Notes: generated by a model not told the origin, from the sequence alone. Shown: positions 48,131 through 60,369, counted from the stretch's first letter. The stretch is 64,000 nucleotides of DNA from Macrostomum lignano (GCA_002269645.1 NIVC01000342.1:248001-312000); one strand, 5' to 3'. Numbers and translations: made by a program.

Positions 48131-48484
48131 CAGGGGTCGGCAAACATTCCAGCTCAAGACTGCTAGCCTGATGAGAGTGGAAATGCAGGAGAAAAGAATA
48201 TGAGAGATGAGACAGGAAAGGAGAGGCGAGGGATCGATGAGAGAAGAGATAAAAGAGAAGTTAGCACTCGTATGAGGATAGATGAGGGGAGAGAGGGGAG
48301 AGAAGAGGAGGGGAAAGAGGGGAGAGAAGAGAGAGGGGAGAGAGATGAGAAAAGAGATTAGAGAGTAGATTAGAGAGAAGAGAGCTGAGAGGAGACACAA
48401 AACTTGAGCAGGCCGGATTGCTATTGTGAAGTTTCAAAGGCCCAGATAGAGAGGCTTCGCGGGCCGGAGGTTGCCGACCCCATG
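48131..48484. mobile_element. hAT/Charlie-like MITE with a purine-rich interior
   Basis: TIRs CAGGGGTCGGCAA / TTGCCGACCCCATG; perfect 8-bp TSD ACCTAAAC at 48123-48130 and 48485-48492; subterminal GCGGGCCG. Confidence 0.85.
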
Positions 48485-48978
48485 ACCTAAACTTAATACC
48501 CTCCCTAAGCAGATAAGAAGGGTCGTAAAAAGGAATACAATTTGCTACTGTAGCAGGGACTTACATGCACTGACGCAAAGGTGACCAGGATGGAGAGTCC
48601 ACCACCGCCCGCCAGCCAGCATAGCTAGCACCGCTTTTGCCTCCGGCCCTGCACCCAGGTGGTCTCCAACATGCAAATATGAAGCGATTATGCTTTATGC
48701 ATTACAATAATCTGCCTTTCGTTGCATTATCATATTTAAGGAGTTTCCGCTTTCTACCAATAAGGACCGAGTGTCTATGGCCATTCTCATGGAATCTCTT
48801 ACTGAGTTTTTCAAAACTATTATATTAAATTCAGCCTCAGGAACAATCAAAAGTTCCACCCTCCAAGTGAGATGAATTGTTTTTCTTCTTTATTGCGACA
48901 AATTCTCACTCACAATTCAACCCTCAAGTTACGCAACAAAGCCGCCCCGAGAAAGGGAAAGTTGATTGAATCAATAAT

Positions 48979-49113
48979 GATCCCCCTCGCATGCGGAAGT
49001 GCAGCGACTCTGCGGTGCATCCCCAGGATGAGGCGGTGCAGAAAGTCCTGGGGAGGCTGCTGCCAAGCGTTTTCAATGGCATGACGCAGCTCCGTAACAG
49101 TCTGTGGTGGATT
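48979..49113 (-). pseudogene. Tc1/mariner transposase C-terminal remnant
   Basis: NPPQTVTELRHAIENAWQQPPQDFLHRLILGMHRRVAALPHARG matches the Tc1 PxTxxELxxAxxxxWxxIPxxxxxxLxxSMxRRxxAxIxAxG ending; no DDE core seen. Confidence 0.75.
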
Positions 49114-49739
49114 CTCTTTTCAAATGTTGCGTTTTAGGAAGTCATCCTGGACAACCCCCAAGTGGCAATACGCTTATCGAATGCGTAAGCTGCGTCACTC
49201 GCAAAGTGAGAAAAAATAATCTCGCTTGTAGTTTGGAACTTATGACTGTTGCTGAGTATATTTGAGCTCATTGAAATTATGCTTTTAAATACGAGCTGTG
49301 ACACCCATCTCACACTACATGTACGTGCGCTCCTTGACACCTTGGCACTTGGCACCAGGGGCCAATTTTACGAAGCCTTCACTGCGTGGGACTTTCCTTG
49401 TCCCCCACCCCACCGAAACTGCGAAGCACTGCGGATTGGTACAAACAATGCCGCACTGCATATGCATTTTCCTCTCTAACGAACCAAGCCCAGCAATTCC
49501 GCAGATGGACACAGAGAGTGTGTAAACTAAAAAAAGTAACAGGAAAAGTCGGTTAATACTTAGTACAAAATCTTTTTATGAAGCTTCTGCGTCATTAATT
49601 ATAAAAGGGTTTCGTGAGAAAGTTCCCATCAAAATTGCTAAAATAAATGAAAGTTGTAAAAATTTAATTGGAGTTGCTCATGGGTCATTTTTATTGATCT
49701 CCTTAGATCATGAGTTGGCAAACTTTTTACCTTAGGGCC

Positions 49740-50224
49740 AGGAGAGAGGAGAGAAGGGAGAGGAGAGAAGGGAGAGGAGAGAAAGGAGAGGAGAGAAGGG
49801 AGAGGAGAGAAGGGAGAGGAGAGAAGGGAGAGGAGAGAAGGGAGAGGAGAGAAGGGAGAGGAGAGAAGGGAGAGGAGAGAAGGGAGAGGAGAGAAGGGAG
49901 AGGAGAGAAGGGAGAGGAGAGAAGGGAGAGGAGAGATGGGAGATGAGAGAAGGGAGAGGAGAGATGGGAGAGGAGAGAAGGGAGAGGAGAGAAGGGAGAG
50001 GAGAGAAGGGAGAGGAGAGAAGGGAGAGGAGAGAAGGGAGAGGAGAGAAGGGAGAGGAGAGAAGGGAGAGGAGAGAAGGGAGAGGAGAGAAGGGAGAGGA
50101 GAGAAGGGAGAGGAGAGAAGGGAGAGGAGAGAAGGGAGAGGAGAGAAGGGAGAGGAGAGAAGGGAGAGGAGAGAAGGGAGAGGAGAGAAGGGAGAGGAGA
50201 GAAGGGAGAGGAGAGAAGGGAGAG
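49740..50224. repeat. 15-bp purine repeat (GAGAGGAGAGAAGGG), about 32 units
   Basis: Seen directly. Confidence 0.97.
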
Positions 50225-50230
50225 CGCGGC

Positions 50231-50400
50231 CACATTAATTTGGAGCTTGTGTGCAGGAAAGTGAATCGTGCAAAGACGAATCATGCGATTCACAGCCATG
50301 AGGCACAGAAAGTGTACATGGCGGTCGATTACATGCCTGTAGAAAGTCAGGGCCATTGTACACCCCGTGTGAGCGTGCGTCCGCAGCCATGCCCTGCGAA
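50231..50400 (+). mobile_element. SINE family B, 5'-truncated copy
   Basis: CACATTAATTTGG, GGCACAGAAAGTGTACATG and TGTACACCCCGTGTGAGCGTG shared with 15713 and 24795. Confidence 0.5.
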
Positions 50401-51358
50401 TATTGATGAGAAGGCAGTGATCTCTGACAGATCACAGAACCGGACATTAAACTGGATGCACCCGTAGAGATTCCTATGCGCTTGGCATTCCAGAATTCCA
50501 ATCTGTGCTTCGCCTAAAACTGGCCCAGTGCTTTTTACCGTTGTTTTTGTTAAAAGAGCTTACTAGTTTCTGGCTTGATAGAAAAATTAAATTAGTTTCC
50601 ACTACTAATAGTAGCAAGTTTAAAAAGTAGAATAGTGAAATTCGAATGTCTGTTTGTATCTTTCTAAACAATAAATTGCCCCAAGTCAATAAAAAGTTGA
50701 AATTCGAACTAAATGGTCATATTTTCGTTCTAAATACTTTCATATATATTTAATGGTCATTTATTAATTTACAATTTAGTTTTCTGCGGTAAGTTTTGTT
50801 TTAATCATGCTTCTAAAAATAGAAACAGCATTAGGCCTGAATTCAGTTCCGGGCATTTATGTAACTACACAAGGACCACTTGGTAGTTGAAGGAAGAAGC
50901 AACACTTTTAAAATTAAAATACCCCAAAATTCTTAAATTTGAGTTACTTACATTCACTACCCAGTGGATCCTTGAAACTACTGCAAAAATGATTTCAATA
51001 GTTAGGCTAGATCTACAGTTGCTCTATACAAGAAATTATAATGCTGCTCAAGCAACAAGGTCAATATGGGATTAATGGAATTATTTGCCACGAATGCAGC
51101 AGCCGATATCATCATATAGCTACTAGCTGAAGTGCGAACCATGTTCAAGGATTCTGCCAGCTTATAAACACAAATAACATGAACTGTTGAAACTTAAAAG
51201 CATACCGAATTATAGTAACAATGTTGCATATATAGTTAGTAATGTGAGTTAGAGAACCCGGCTCATTGGAGCCCATGGGTCATCCGCATTGGTCAGAGGC
51301 TAATTCATTTAGCAGCAATAAATACAGTTAGACATTGCGGAATTCCAGCCTTCAAAAC

Positions 51359-52881
51359 TCAGCGCTCAGCTCTCGGCCGCCGCGGTTTAGCTGCGTCCGT
51401 CCGCCTGCGGTTCTTCCTCCTCCGGCCGCCGCCACCTTTGCGCCGATTCCTGCGCGCCTGCCGACGTCTAGCCGCGTCGCCGCCGTCGGTCTTCAGGCCC
51501 AGAAGCGACGCGCCGCCGCTGCAGAGGCTGCCGCCGCTGTCCCGGCGCTTCCGTCTGTCCCGGCGGATGCTGCGCAGAGCCCGGCGAAATGTCGGCTGGC
51601 GATTGTTCCACTCCGTCATGAACTTCACGTCCAGGGCGTCGCCGCCAGCCGCCAGCGAGCCCATCAGCAGGTAGCGCCGCTTGGGATGGGCCGCGGCCGC
51701 TTCAAGCAGCGGGCAGTCCGCGGCCAGCGTGCAGTTGGCGATTTGGCCACCGCCGGGCAGCCGAAGCGAAACGCCACGGCTCCCGCTTTTTCGACGTCGG
51801 CCTCCGACATTCCGGCGTCTCTGCCGTTGACGCTGCCGCTTGCGCCGCGGCCTCGGCGGTTCTTCAGCAGACGACGACTCCAGCTGGCGAGGCACCGAGA
51901 AAAATCTCAGCCGGCCTTTGAATTGAAACTGTCGGCCAGCCGCTCCGGTGGTCACGTGATCGATGCGCGCTTTCAGCACTGTGGAATTGTAGAGGAATCG
52001 TGTAGTGACTAAGCAGATTTTACAGAGCAAAGGGGCATCGAAATGAATTGTTTTAACCCCATACATTCTTTATGATTGGGCAACGATACTCACCAATATC
52101 GTTCATGCAGTAGCCGCTGACCAAATACTCGTAGCTGGGCTCTTGAACGCACGCCTGGCACTGGGCTGTGGAGATTTTCGGAGTCAGTTTATAATCAGAT
52201 AACCACTCAATGCGCACCTGGCCCACCACTTCTGTAAGAATGTTAATAAAACTCACCTGATCGTACAGCCACATCAGTTTCTGAAATCGGATGTCGTTAA
52301 GAGAGATTTTACAAACAAATTGGTCTGTGTTAACAACTGTCCTTCATCAGACTTTGCGGGAACTCACGCGTAGCGGACCGCTTGATGCACATGAGATTGT
52401 TCTCCGGCGGGAACTGAGTACAGTTGAGCATGTCAGGCCAGCCGAAGCCGAACTTCTCCATGATGGCCAGGCAGGAGGACTTCACAGACTCGCATAGGCT
52501 CCGGCAGGGCTGGATGCTCTTCTCTAATAAGTGCTCAATGCACACCGGAGCGTAGATTGAGCACAGCAGCACTCGGATCTCCGGATGGCAGTTAGTATTC
52601 ACCAGAGCCTGCCAATGCTTAGTCTGCTCCTCAACCTCCTTGGCGCTCTCGTGGTTCAGCATGTTCGGCAGGCGCATCTCCGGGTAGCCGATGCCGTAGC
52701 ACAGCCCCATAGTGCTGGGGATCGGCCAGCAGCGATGACTGCCGGGCACCGCCGAGCCCCAGGCGGCCGCTCCGGGCTGCGGCAGATTCCATTCTGGAGG
52801 AAGCGCCGCGACGTAAGACGCCGCAACGATGACAATGACCGCCAGGCGGCCAACAGAAAAGAGCAGCGGCAGGCGGAGCAT
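51359..52881 (-). CDS. sFRP: Secreted frizzled-related protein (Fz CRD + NTR domain), about 409-431 aa; exons 52881-52368, microexon 52280-52257, 52165-52094 (alternatives possible), 51978-51359
   Basis: Signal peptide; 10-Cys CRD (CWPIP..LCYGIGYPEMRLPNML.H..CHPEIRVLLCSIYAPVC..PCRSLCESVKSSC..FGFGWPDMLNC..C); CQAC..YC then NTR with C..C..RYLLMG; no TM segment. Confidence 0.93.
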
Positions 52882-53134
52882 TTTGCAATTGAGGCTGCTT
52901 CAGCTCCTCCCTCTTGTTGCGCGCCAAGCCAAGTCTGGCTCCTATATTCCAGTTTTCCTCCGCGCGGGGGATGCTGTCTTGTCAGGCAGACGGGGAGAGG
53001 GACGACTGAAATTGATGAACGGCGAGGCGCTGGGCGAGGCGCTGGGCGAGGCACGCAGAGAAACAGGAGTGGAGGTTGTTGTTTGACGGCGATGCGCGTC
53101 TGTGTGTGTGGGAAAAATTTTGTTGCGGTCGGCG

Positions 53135-53190
53135 AGATCAAAGGTGGGGCTCCGCCTTTTTAAATACCGAACCGCCGCCGCCGCCGCCGT
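53135..53190. promoter_or_regulatory. Optimal TCF/LEF HMG site AGATCAAAGG (53135-53144) plus GCCGCCG helper-like repeats (53171-53190) upstream of sFRP
   Basis: Exact match to the consensus TCF site about 250 bp upstream of the sFRP ATG; TATTTAAA on the minus strand between the two motifs. Confidence 0.45.
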
Positions 53191-54054
53191 ATCGACCCGG
53201 TTACAGACCAATGCCGGCTTGTCTGCCACTAGCAAAGATGAAGTGCGGGCGTACAGCGAAGAAGAGGGAGAGAGTGGCGCAAGGCGAGGCTGCAAATCCT
53301 AGTCTATAATATTTTTATTCTTCTTTTTATCCATTCCGCTTATGATTCATCATCAATCAGTGGCAGGGATGGGCTGGAAAGAGGAATGTCAGGCTCACCC
53401 CCCCCCCTGTTCAGCCAGCAAGCAATGGATCTGTGGATCTGCTGCGGTAGACAATCCCAGACGGGCAGCTGGAAACCGCAGCACTGGCTTGCCCCAAGTC
53501 TATTCCTAGCTGTAGTGGAGCGAATTCCATGGCAGCAAAGGGCGGCAAAAAACCACAGCAGAATCAACACTGCGTGCCGCTTCATCAACGCCGATGCTGG
53601 ACTATCGCATTTATGAATTATGAAAATAAAAATAGCAGAATCCGGCACAGAGTTAGCTAAACTTGAAGCAACTGCATCATGTGCGCAGTTGGCCATTCAG
53701 TTCACATTTTTTCTGCCGGGCCGTCGTTTGGAGGAGAGCGGAAGGAACAACCCTTTCATGAGAGCGAAAATGCAAGCTTCATCATAGGAATGGCAGCGTC
53801 CATAGCTCTCGATTAATGTGCTAAATATATGTACCACAAGTTCTAGTCATTTATGTTCTTTCCAGCTATAATGTACTGAAGCTCGCAAAGTTTTTCGCAA
53901 TCCTGACGACGGTTAATTTTAAGTCATTATCTTAGCCACAGATATTAATATAGGCCTAAAGGTCCTTCAAGCCGATGATGAACAAGAGAAGTCTATTGGA
54001 GTCAATACTCAATCAAGATCTCAACCAGCTATGCTTTTAAATTTAAATTCTATA

Positions 54055-54515
54055 AAGCGTACAAGCCACGGACAGCTGCACATGACACACACGAGAGCGT
54101 ACAAGCTACGTACAGCTGCACATGACACACACGAGAGCGTACAAGCTACGGACAGCTGCACATGACACACACGAGAGCGTACAAGCTACGGACAGCTGCA
54201 CATGACACACACGAGAGCGTACAAGCTACGGACAGCTGCACATGACACACACGAGAGCGTACAAGCCACGGACAGCTGCACATGACACACACGAGAGCGT
54301 ACAAGCTACGGACAGCTGCACATGATGCACACGAGAGCATACAAGCTACGGACAGCTGCACATGATGCACACGAGAGCATACAAGCTATGGACAGCTGCA
54401 CATGACACACACGAGAGCATACAAGCTATGGACAGCTGCACATGATGCACACGAGAGCGTACAAGCTACGGACAGCTGCACATGACACACACGAGAGCAT
54501 ACAAGCCACGGACAA
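54055..54515. repeat. 40-bp minisatellite (ACAAGCTACGGACAGCTGCACATGACACACACGAGAGCGT), about 11 units
   Basis: Seen directly. Confidence 0.96.
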
Positions 54516-54630
54516 GTATGTTAGAGACGAGAATGCTCGCACATGTTGCAGATGAGTGCGTACACCAAAAATGAATATATATTTCTATCCATAAGGTGTG
54601 CAGTTATTTTCACAAGCAACCGTGCACCAG

Positions 54631-56752
54631 TCAGTGGCACCAGTCAGGGCAACCAGACGGCGATAGCAGAGCGGCCGCCAGAGCGTTAGCAAAATTGTGA
54701 CAGTTGTTGCACAACAAGGTATAATTGCCATGCACCTGCTTGTAGCTCTGGGCGCAACGTCGGGCGCAGGCTAAACCACCAGGCGCGTCGGGTCTGGCGC
54801 CGGCGCCAAGACTGCGCAGAATACCGTTAGAGCATCGGTCGGAGGCGAACGGCCGGTCGTGCACCATCACGGAGCTTGATTGACTGTCGCCGATGAATTC
54901 GAATACAAGATTGGCGTAGCGGATCCAGCTGTGCCGGAACGGGTTCCAAGGGAAGGCGTACCAGTGCTGGTGAAAGATCCAGCATTTGTTGGCGCCAATG
55001 GATGACGGGCGTTGCGTGATGCTGTTGCCAAGGCAACTTGCTGGCCAGGTGCCGCCTAGAAAGACATTGTTGTCATCCGCTGGTCCAACCTGAGCAGAGG
55101 AGTGAGAAGATTAGCTGAATATTAGCCTATTAGCTGAGTATAGGAGAGTGAGTAGATCAATGAGTTGAGTAAAGGAGAGTGAGCAGATCAATCAGTTGGG
55201 TATAGGAAAGTGAGTAGATCAATCAGTTGAGTATAGGAGAGTGAGTAGATCAATCAGTTGAGTATAGGAGAGTGAGCAGATCAATCAGTTGAGTATAGGA
55301 GAGTGAGTAGATCAATCAGTTGGGTATAGGAGAGTGAGTAGATCAATCAGTTGAGTATAGGAGAGTGAGTAGATCAATCAGTTGAGTAAAGGAGAGTGAG
55401 TAGATCAATCAGTTGAGTATAGGAGAGTGAGTAGATCAATCAGTTGAGTAAAGGAGAGTGAGTAGATCAATCAGTTGAGTAAAGGAGAGTGAGTAGATCA
55501 ATCAGCTATTAGAATAGGAGAGTGAGTAGATCAATCAGCTATGAGTATAGGAGAGTGAGTAGATCAATCAGCTATTAGAATAGAAGAGTGAGTAGATCAA
55601 TAAGCTATTAGAATAGGAGAGTGAGTAGATCAATCAGCTATTAGAATAGAAGAGTGAGTAGATCAATACGCTATTAGAATAGGAGAGTGAGTAGAACAAT
55701 CAGCTATTAGAATAGAAGAGTGAGTAGATCAATAAGCTATTAGAATAGGAGAGTCGGTAGATCAATCAACTATGAGTATAGGAGAGTGAGTAGATCAATC
55801 AGCTATTAGAATAAGGAGAGTGAGTAGATCAATCAGCTATTAGAATAAGGAGAGTGAGTAGATCAATCAGCTATTAGAATAAGGAGAGTGAGTAGATCAA
55901 TCAGCTATTAGAATAAGGAGAGTGAGTAGATCAATCAGCTATTAGAATAGGAGAGTGAGTAGATCAATCAGCTATTAGTATAGGAGAGTGAGTAGATCAA
56001 TCAGCTATTAGTATAGGAGAGTGAGCAGATCAATCAGCTATTAGTATAGGAGAGTGAGTAGATCAATCAGCTATTAGAATAGGAGAGTGAGTAGATCAAT
56101 CAGCTATTAGAATAGGAGAGTGAGTAGATCAATCAGTTGAGTATAGGAGAGTGAGTAGATCAATCAGCTATTAGTATAGGAGAGTGAGTAGATCAATCAG
56201 CTATGAGTATAGGAGAGTGAGCAGATCAATCAGCTATGAGTATAGGAGAGTGAGCAGATCAATCAGCTATGAGTATAGGAGAGTGAGCAGATCAATCAGC
56301 TATTAGAATAGGAGAGTGAGTAGATCAATCAGCTATGAGTATAGGAGAGTGAGTAGATCAATCAGCTATGAGTATAGGAGAGTGAGTAGATCAATCAGCT
56401 ATGAGTATAGGAGAGTGAGCAGATCAATCAGCTATTAGTATAGGAGAGTGAGCAGATCAATCAGCTATTAGTATAGGAGAGTGAGTAGATCAATCAGCTA
56501 TTAGAATAGGAGAGTGAGTAGATCAATCAGCTATTAGTATAGGAGAGTGAGTAGATCAATCAGCTATTAGTATAGGAGAGTGAGTAGATTATGACTAAAG
56601 TAGGACAATAACGTGAGCAAATAAGAAAAAAATTGCAGCAACCGAAGCAATGCTGCACCAACCAGTAAACCTTGTTCAAGCGACAGGCCAGCCGAGGCAA
56701 CAGCTGACAAAATGATTAGTGTTGGAACTGAGAGCTGACTCAGAGTCGCCAT
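54631..56752 (-). CDS. PPPDE/DeSI-like permuted papain-fold (His-Cys dyad) protein with a predicted signal peptide, about 176 aa; exons 56752-56671 and 55079-54631 (alternative acceptor 55089)
   Basis: Stop-free 150-codon frame with FRHSWIRYANLVFEFIG and NYTLLCNNCHNFANAL (PPPDE HxxVxVxGxEYxFG / YxLxxxNCNxF motifs). Upstream exon MATLSQLSVPTLIILSAVASA joins in phase. The exon-1 link is less certain than the catalytic exon. Confidence 0.75.
55120..56590. repeat. 29-32-bp minisatellite (AGGAGAGTGAGTAGATCAATCAG + TTGAGTAT / CTATTAGAAT) filling the PPPDE-like gene intron
   Basis: Seen directly, about 48 units. Confidence 0.97.
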
Positions 56753-56939
56753 TTGGAGCGCAGAGTATATGAATTCTGATTATAATTCGTGCATGAATTT
56801 GCAGTTTATAATACCCAGTTGAGATATGAGAATAATCTTATCAGCCAATGTCGTCGCACTGCGTTGAGTTGAGTTTGAGTTCGACTCTGAGAACCATGCC
56901 GCTCTGCCCCCCCCCATATTTCAGGTTAGGGTAAAGTGT

Positions 56940-57165
56940 TAAGACTCACAACTAAAAGGTCGGGGGTTCGATTCACGACCCACTCGGAACAATTTGTGTC
57001 TTTGAGCGAGACAATTAACTCTGCATTGCTGCAGTTCACCCAGCTGTAAGATGGGTGCCAGCATTAGCTGGGGTAATTGAGGCTGTGTGGCGACCCCCCA
57101 GTCCTTGGACTGAACAGCCGTACGCAGCCCATTAAGGCAGGTGAAATCAATTATTATTATTATTA
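56940..57165 (+). mobile_element. SINE family A, 5'-truncated, with an internal deletion in the 3' body
   Basis: B box, central domain and ATT tail present; the TTCAGATGC...CACATCTGG segment is missing. Confidence 0.88.
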
Positions 57166-58234
57166 AAACAAAAGACCCACGATAGAAGTCGTTAGTAGTG
57201 AACTGATTTCTGATTAACCAGCCAGATATAGACATAGCGCTTAGAAAAGCACAATTATAATTTTATAGAAGCAATTGTTTGCATTGTGAAAACGTAAGCC
57301 TTAGGCATGGATTCCAATTACAAATTAATAACTACACCAATTAATTACAGCGGAATCAGAGTAAAGTACAGCAAAATACTCGTGTGACTATTGGTAATAA
57401 TACGAGACAATGTCACTGACACAAGCGGGACTATACGAACGAACGAACAAAATAACAAGTGTTACGGATAGTATAAAACACTTAATTAAAATGTAAGGAC
57501 AATAGAGAGTGACCAGCTGCAGCATGAGGCGTTAACACAATTACTGAAGTAACAAGAAAGAGAAGCATGGGTAGACACCAACGCAGCCCGGTGAAAACGG
57601 TTACCCAGGCCAAGAAGCGTCCCAAAGCCACTTGCGTCGTCCCAGAATCGTTTCAGAGTCGTTGCAGCTAAGGCAGGTAAAATAGGAAAGAACTGACTCT
57701 GGACGACTTTGAAACGACGAGATGTCTCGGTCGTCAAGTCGCCAAAAAATCTATTTGAGGCGTTTTATTGTCTGCGACTCTGAAATGACTATGGGGCCCC
57801 AAGAGTTGTATCTGAGGCGAGCTGAAGTGGCTGAAGAATCACCGAGTTTCGTCTAAAGTGCACAAGAGTCGCCACCACAGTCGCTAGAGCCACTAGTAAG
57901 CCACTAGTAAGCTACTGCAGAGACTTTTTAGCAATTCTTGTCACGGTAACGCTTTCAAACGACAGGCTGCACCGAATTCAATGCCCATTGAATTTGGTCG
58001 GACAGAATTTCAGGACAAAACTAATGAGATCATGCAACCAATGCGTGACTAACTGAAATTGAGCACACCATGCACTGTAGACTTTACCAATTTACAATGA
58101 CAAAAGAGGAGAGAACCAACAAACACAAGAGAACGAATGATTGGTCAAAGACAACAGAAAGCGCTTCTGAAGGCCAGCAGGACGCACTTTAAAATAATCA
58201 CGGACGCAGAGAACTGGCGATAGAGCTGGGATGT

Positions 58235-60296
58235 CTACGCTTTGCTCAGCTTCTCAAAAATATTTCCACTTGACTGTCGTTCTGACGCCAGAGGCGGATC
58301 TTCTCTACAAGGCGAAGCTGCTTCTTCCTCCTCGCCATTTTCATCAGCGTCGACATCCGTGTCGGCCATCGGTGGCGGTGTCGGCGTCGGTTCGCCATTG
58401 CCGTCGTCATCGTCCGGGTCGGCATCTGGATCCGCCTCCATAGGCGTATTCGCGTCATCGAATGCCTCCGTTGCTGCGCAATTATTTGCGTCCACATCCG
58501 GTTCCACTTGCGGGTCCGCATCCGGTTCCACTTCTGAGTCCGCATCCGGTTCCACTTCCAGGTCAGCATCCGCTTCCGCATCCAGTTCCACTTCCGGGTC
58601 CGCACCCACCTGCTTATGATTATAGATATTTTCTTCCAGCAAAGCACTCTTCCGGGCACAAGAGCTCGCGGAGACCGAACCGTCTTGACTTTCTGAACCG
58701 TTCATATCAACCCGATGCTTGCTCACTTCGTCGGCAACATCATCGTCTTCGTCTGACGAAGACGGACAATCGGCAACCAGACTGTTGAACATCGGATCGC
58801 GCAGGCCCGCGCGAAGTTGTCGCCGAATGGTCTCGGCCACTCGCAGCGCCCTGGCCGGCAGCTGTCGGAGTGCGCGAGTCGCTTCGGCAACAGCCTCAGC
58901 CAACGAATTAGTCGAGTCCGCCGTGGCGATGCCATCGGCATCCGTTCGCCTACGTCGCCGACGTCGAGCCACTTGACGCCGCTGCTGGGTCGGGGCGGGC
59001 GCCGATGATCCCAAATCGATCAGCGTTGCCGCGGCCGCCTCGCCGTCGCCAGCGGCTGTAGCCAGCAGGCCACCGTCGCGCAACTCCCGGCCCAGACGCC
59101 GGTAGTCGCCGTCTGTGAGGCAGATCTCGCTGGGATCGAGGCAGCCGGGTGCCAACGGCTGAGCAGCTGGCGACTCGTCCAGCTGTGGAGCTTCGTCGAA
59201 CTGGTCAGCGGCAGCGGGCTTGGACGGCCTCTGCGAGTCTCGCTGCTGTTCAGCTGGCTGAAGCAGCGACCGGAGCAGCTGTTGATTCTCGTAGAACGAC
59301 GGGCCGATGTGAGCGTCGGTCAGGAGGCGCCAGTCCTCCGGCTGCAGTCGGCGCAGTGATTTATTCTTGCGAGTCGGCTTCAACTGAACAGCGGAGATTC
59401 GCTCCCCAGTTGACAATAAAGATCGTTTTAATTTCTCGCGCCGGACAATCAGATAGCAGAGATTGCGCACGCGTTCCATGTCGTGGCGCAGGCACACGAA
59501 CATCTGGGCTCGCTCCTGCAGCCGGCGCTCCTCCGTGTTCACCGGCCGCAGAGACTGGTCGTCTGGCTGCTCCATCAGTGGCCGGCATCCGTTGGCCTGT
59601 TGGTTAGCAAAAAAGCAACGGTTTAAACTGAGCCACAGGACACTCACTGGCAGGTTAATTGTAAACGAGTACTGAAAGCACCTACCGTTCTCTTCAGCTT
59701 CCAGTAGTCCAGCAGAAGCGACAGGGCGAGCGCGTCAACCTTGACGGGAGCCATCTTAGCGATGAGCTCCTCTTTGCTGAACAGGGTGTAGAAATTCGCC
59801 TCCAGCTCTTTCAACCTGCGGGAGGTGTGGCTTGACTTTTAATCTTATTGTCTCGACTCGACTCGAGAAATGAGTTTGTCTGTTTGTCTGTGTCAGTCTG
59901 TCTCTCTGTCATAGTGTCTTAGTGTCTGCCTGTCTCTCTGTCTTAGTGTCTGAGTGTCTCTGTCTTAGTGTCTTAGTGTCTCTGTCTTAGTGTCTTAGTG
60001 TCTGTATGTCTCTCTGTCTTATTGTCTGTATGTCTCTCTGTCTTAGTGTCTGTATGTCTCTCTGTCTTATTGTCTGTATGTCTCTCTGTCTTAGTGTCTG
60101 TATGTCTCTCTGTCTTATTGTCTGTATGTCTCTCTGTCTTAGTGTCTGTATGTCTCTCTGTCTTATTGTCTGTATGTCTCTCTGTCTTAGTGTCTGTATG
60201 TCTCTCTGTCTTAGTGTCTGTATGTCTCTCTGTCTTAGTGTCTGTATGTCTCTCTGTCTTATTGTCTGAGTGTCTCTGTCTTAGTGTCTTAGTGAC

Positions 60297-60369
<73 letters not shown>

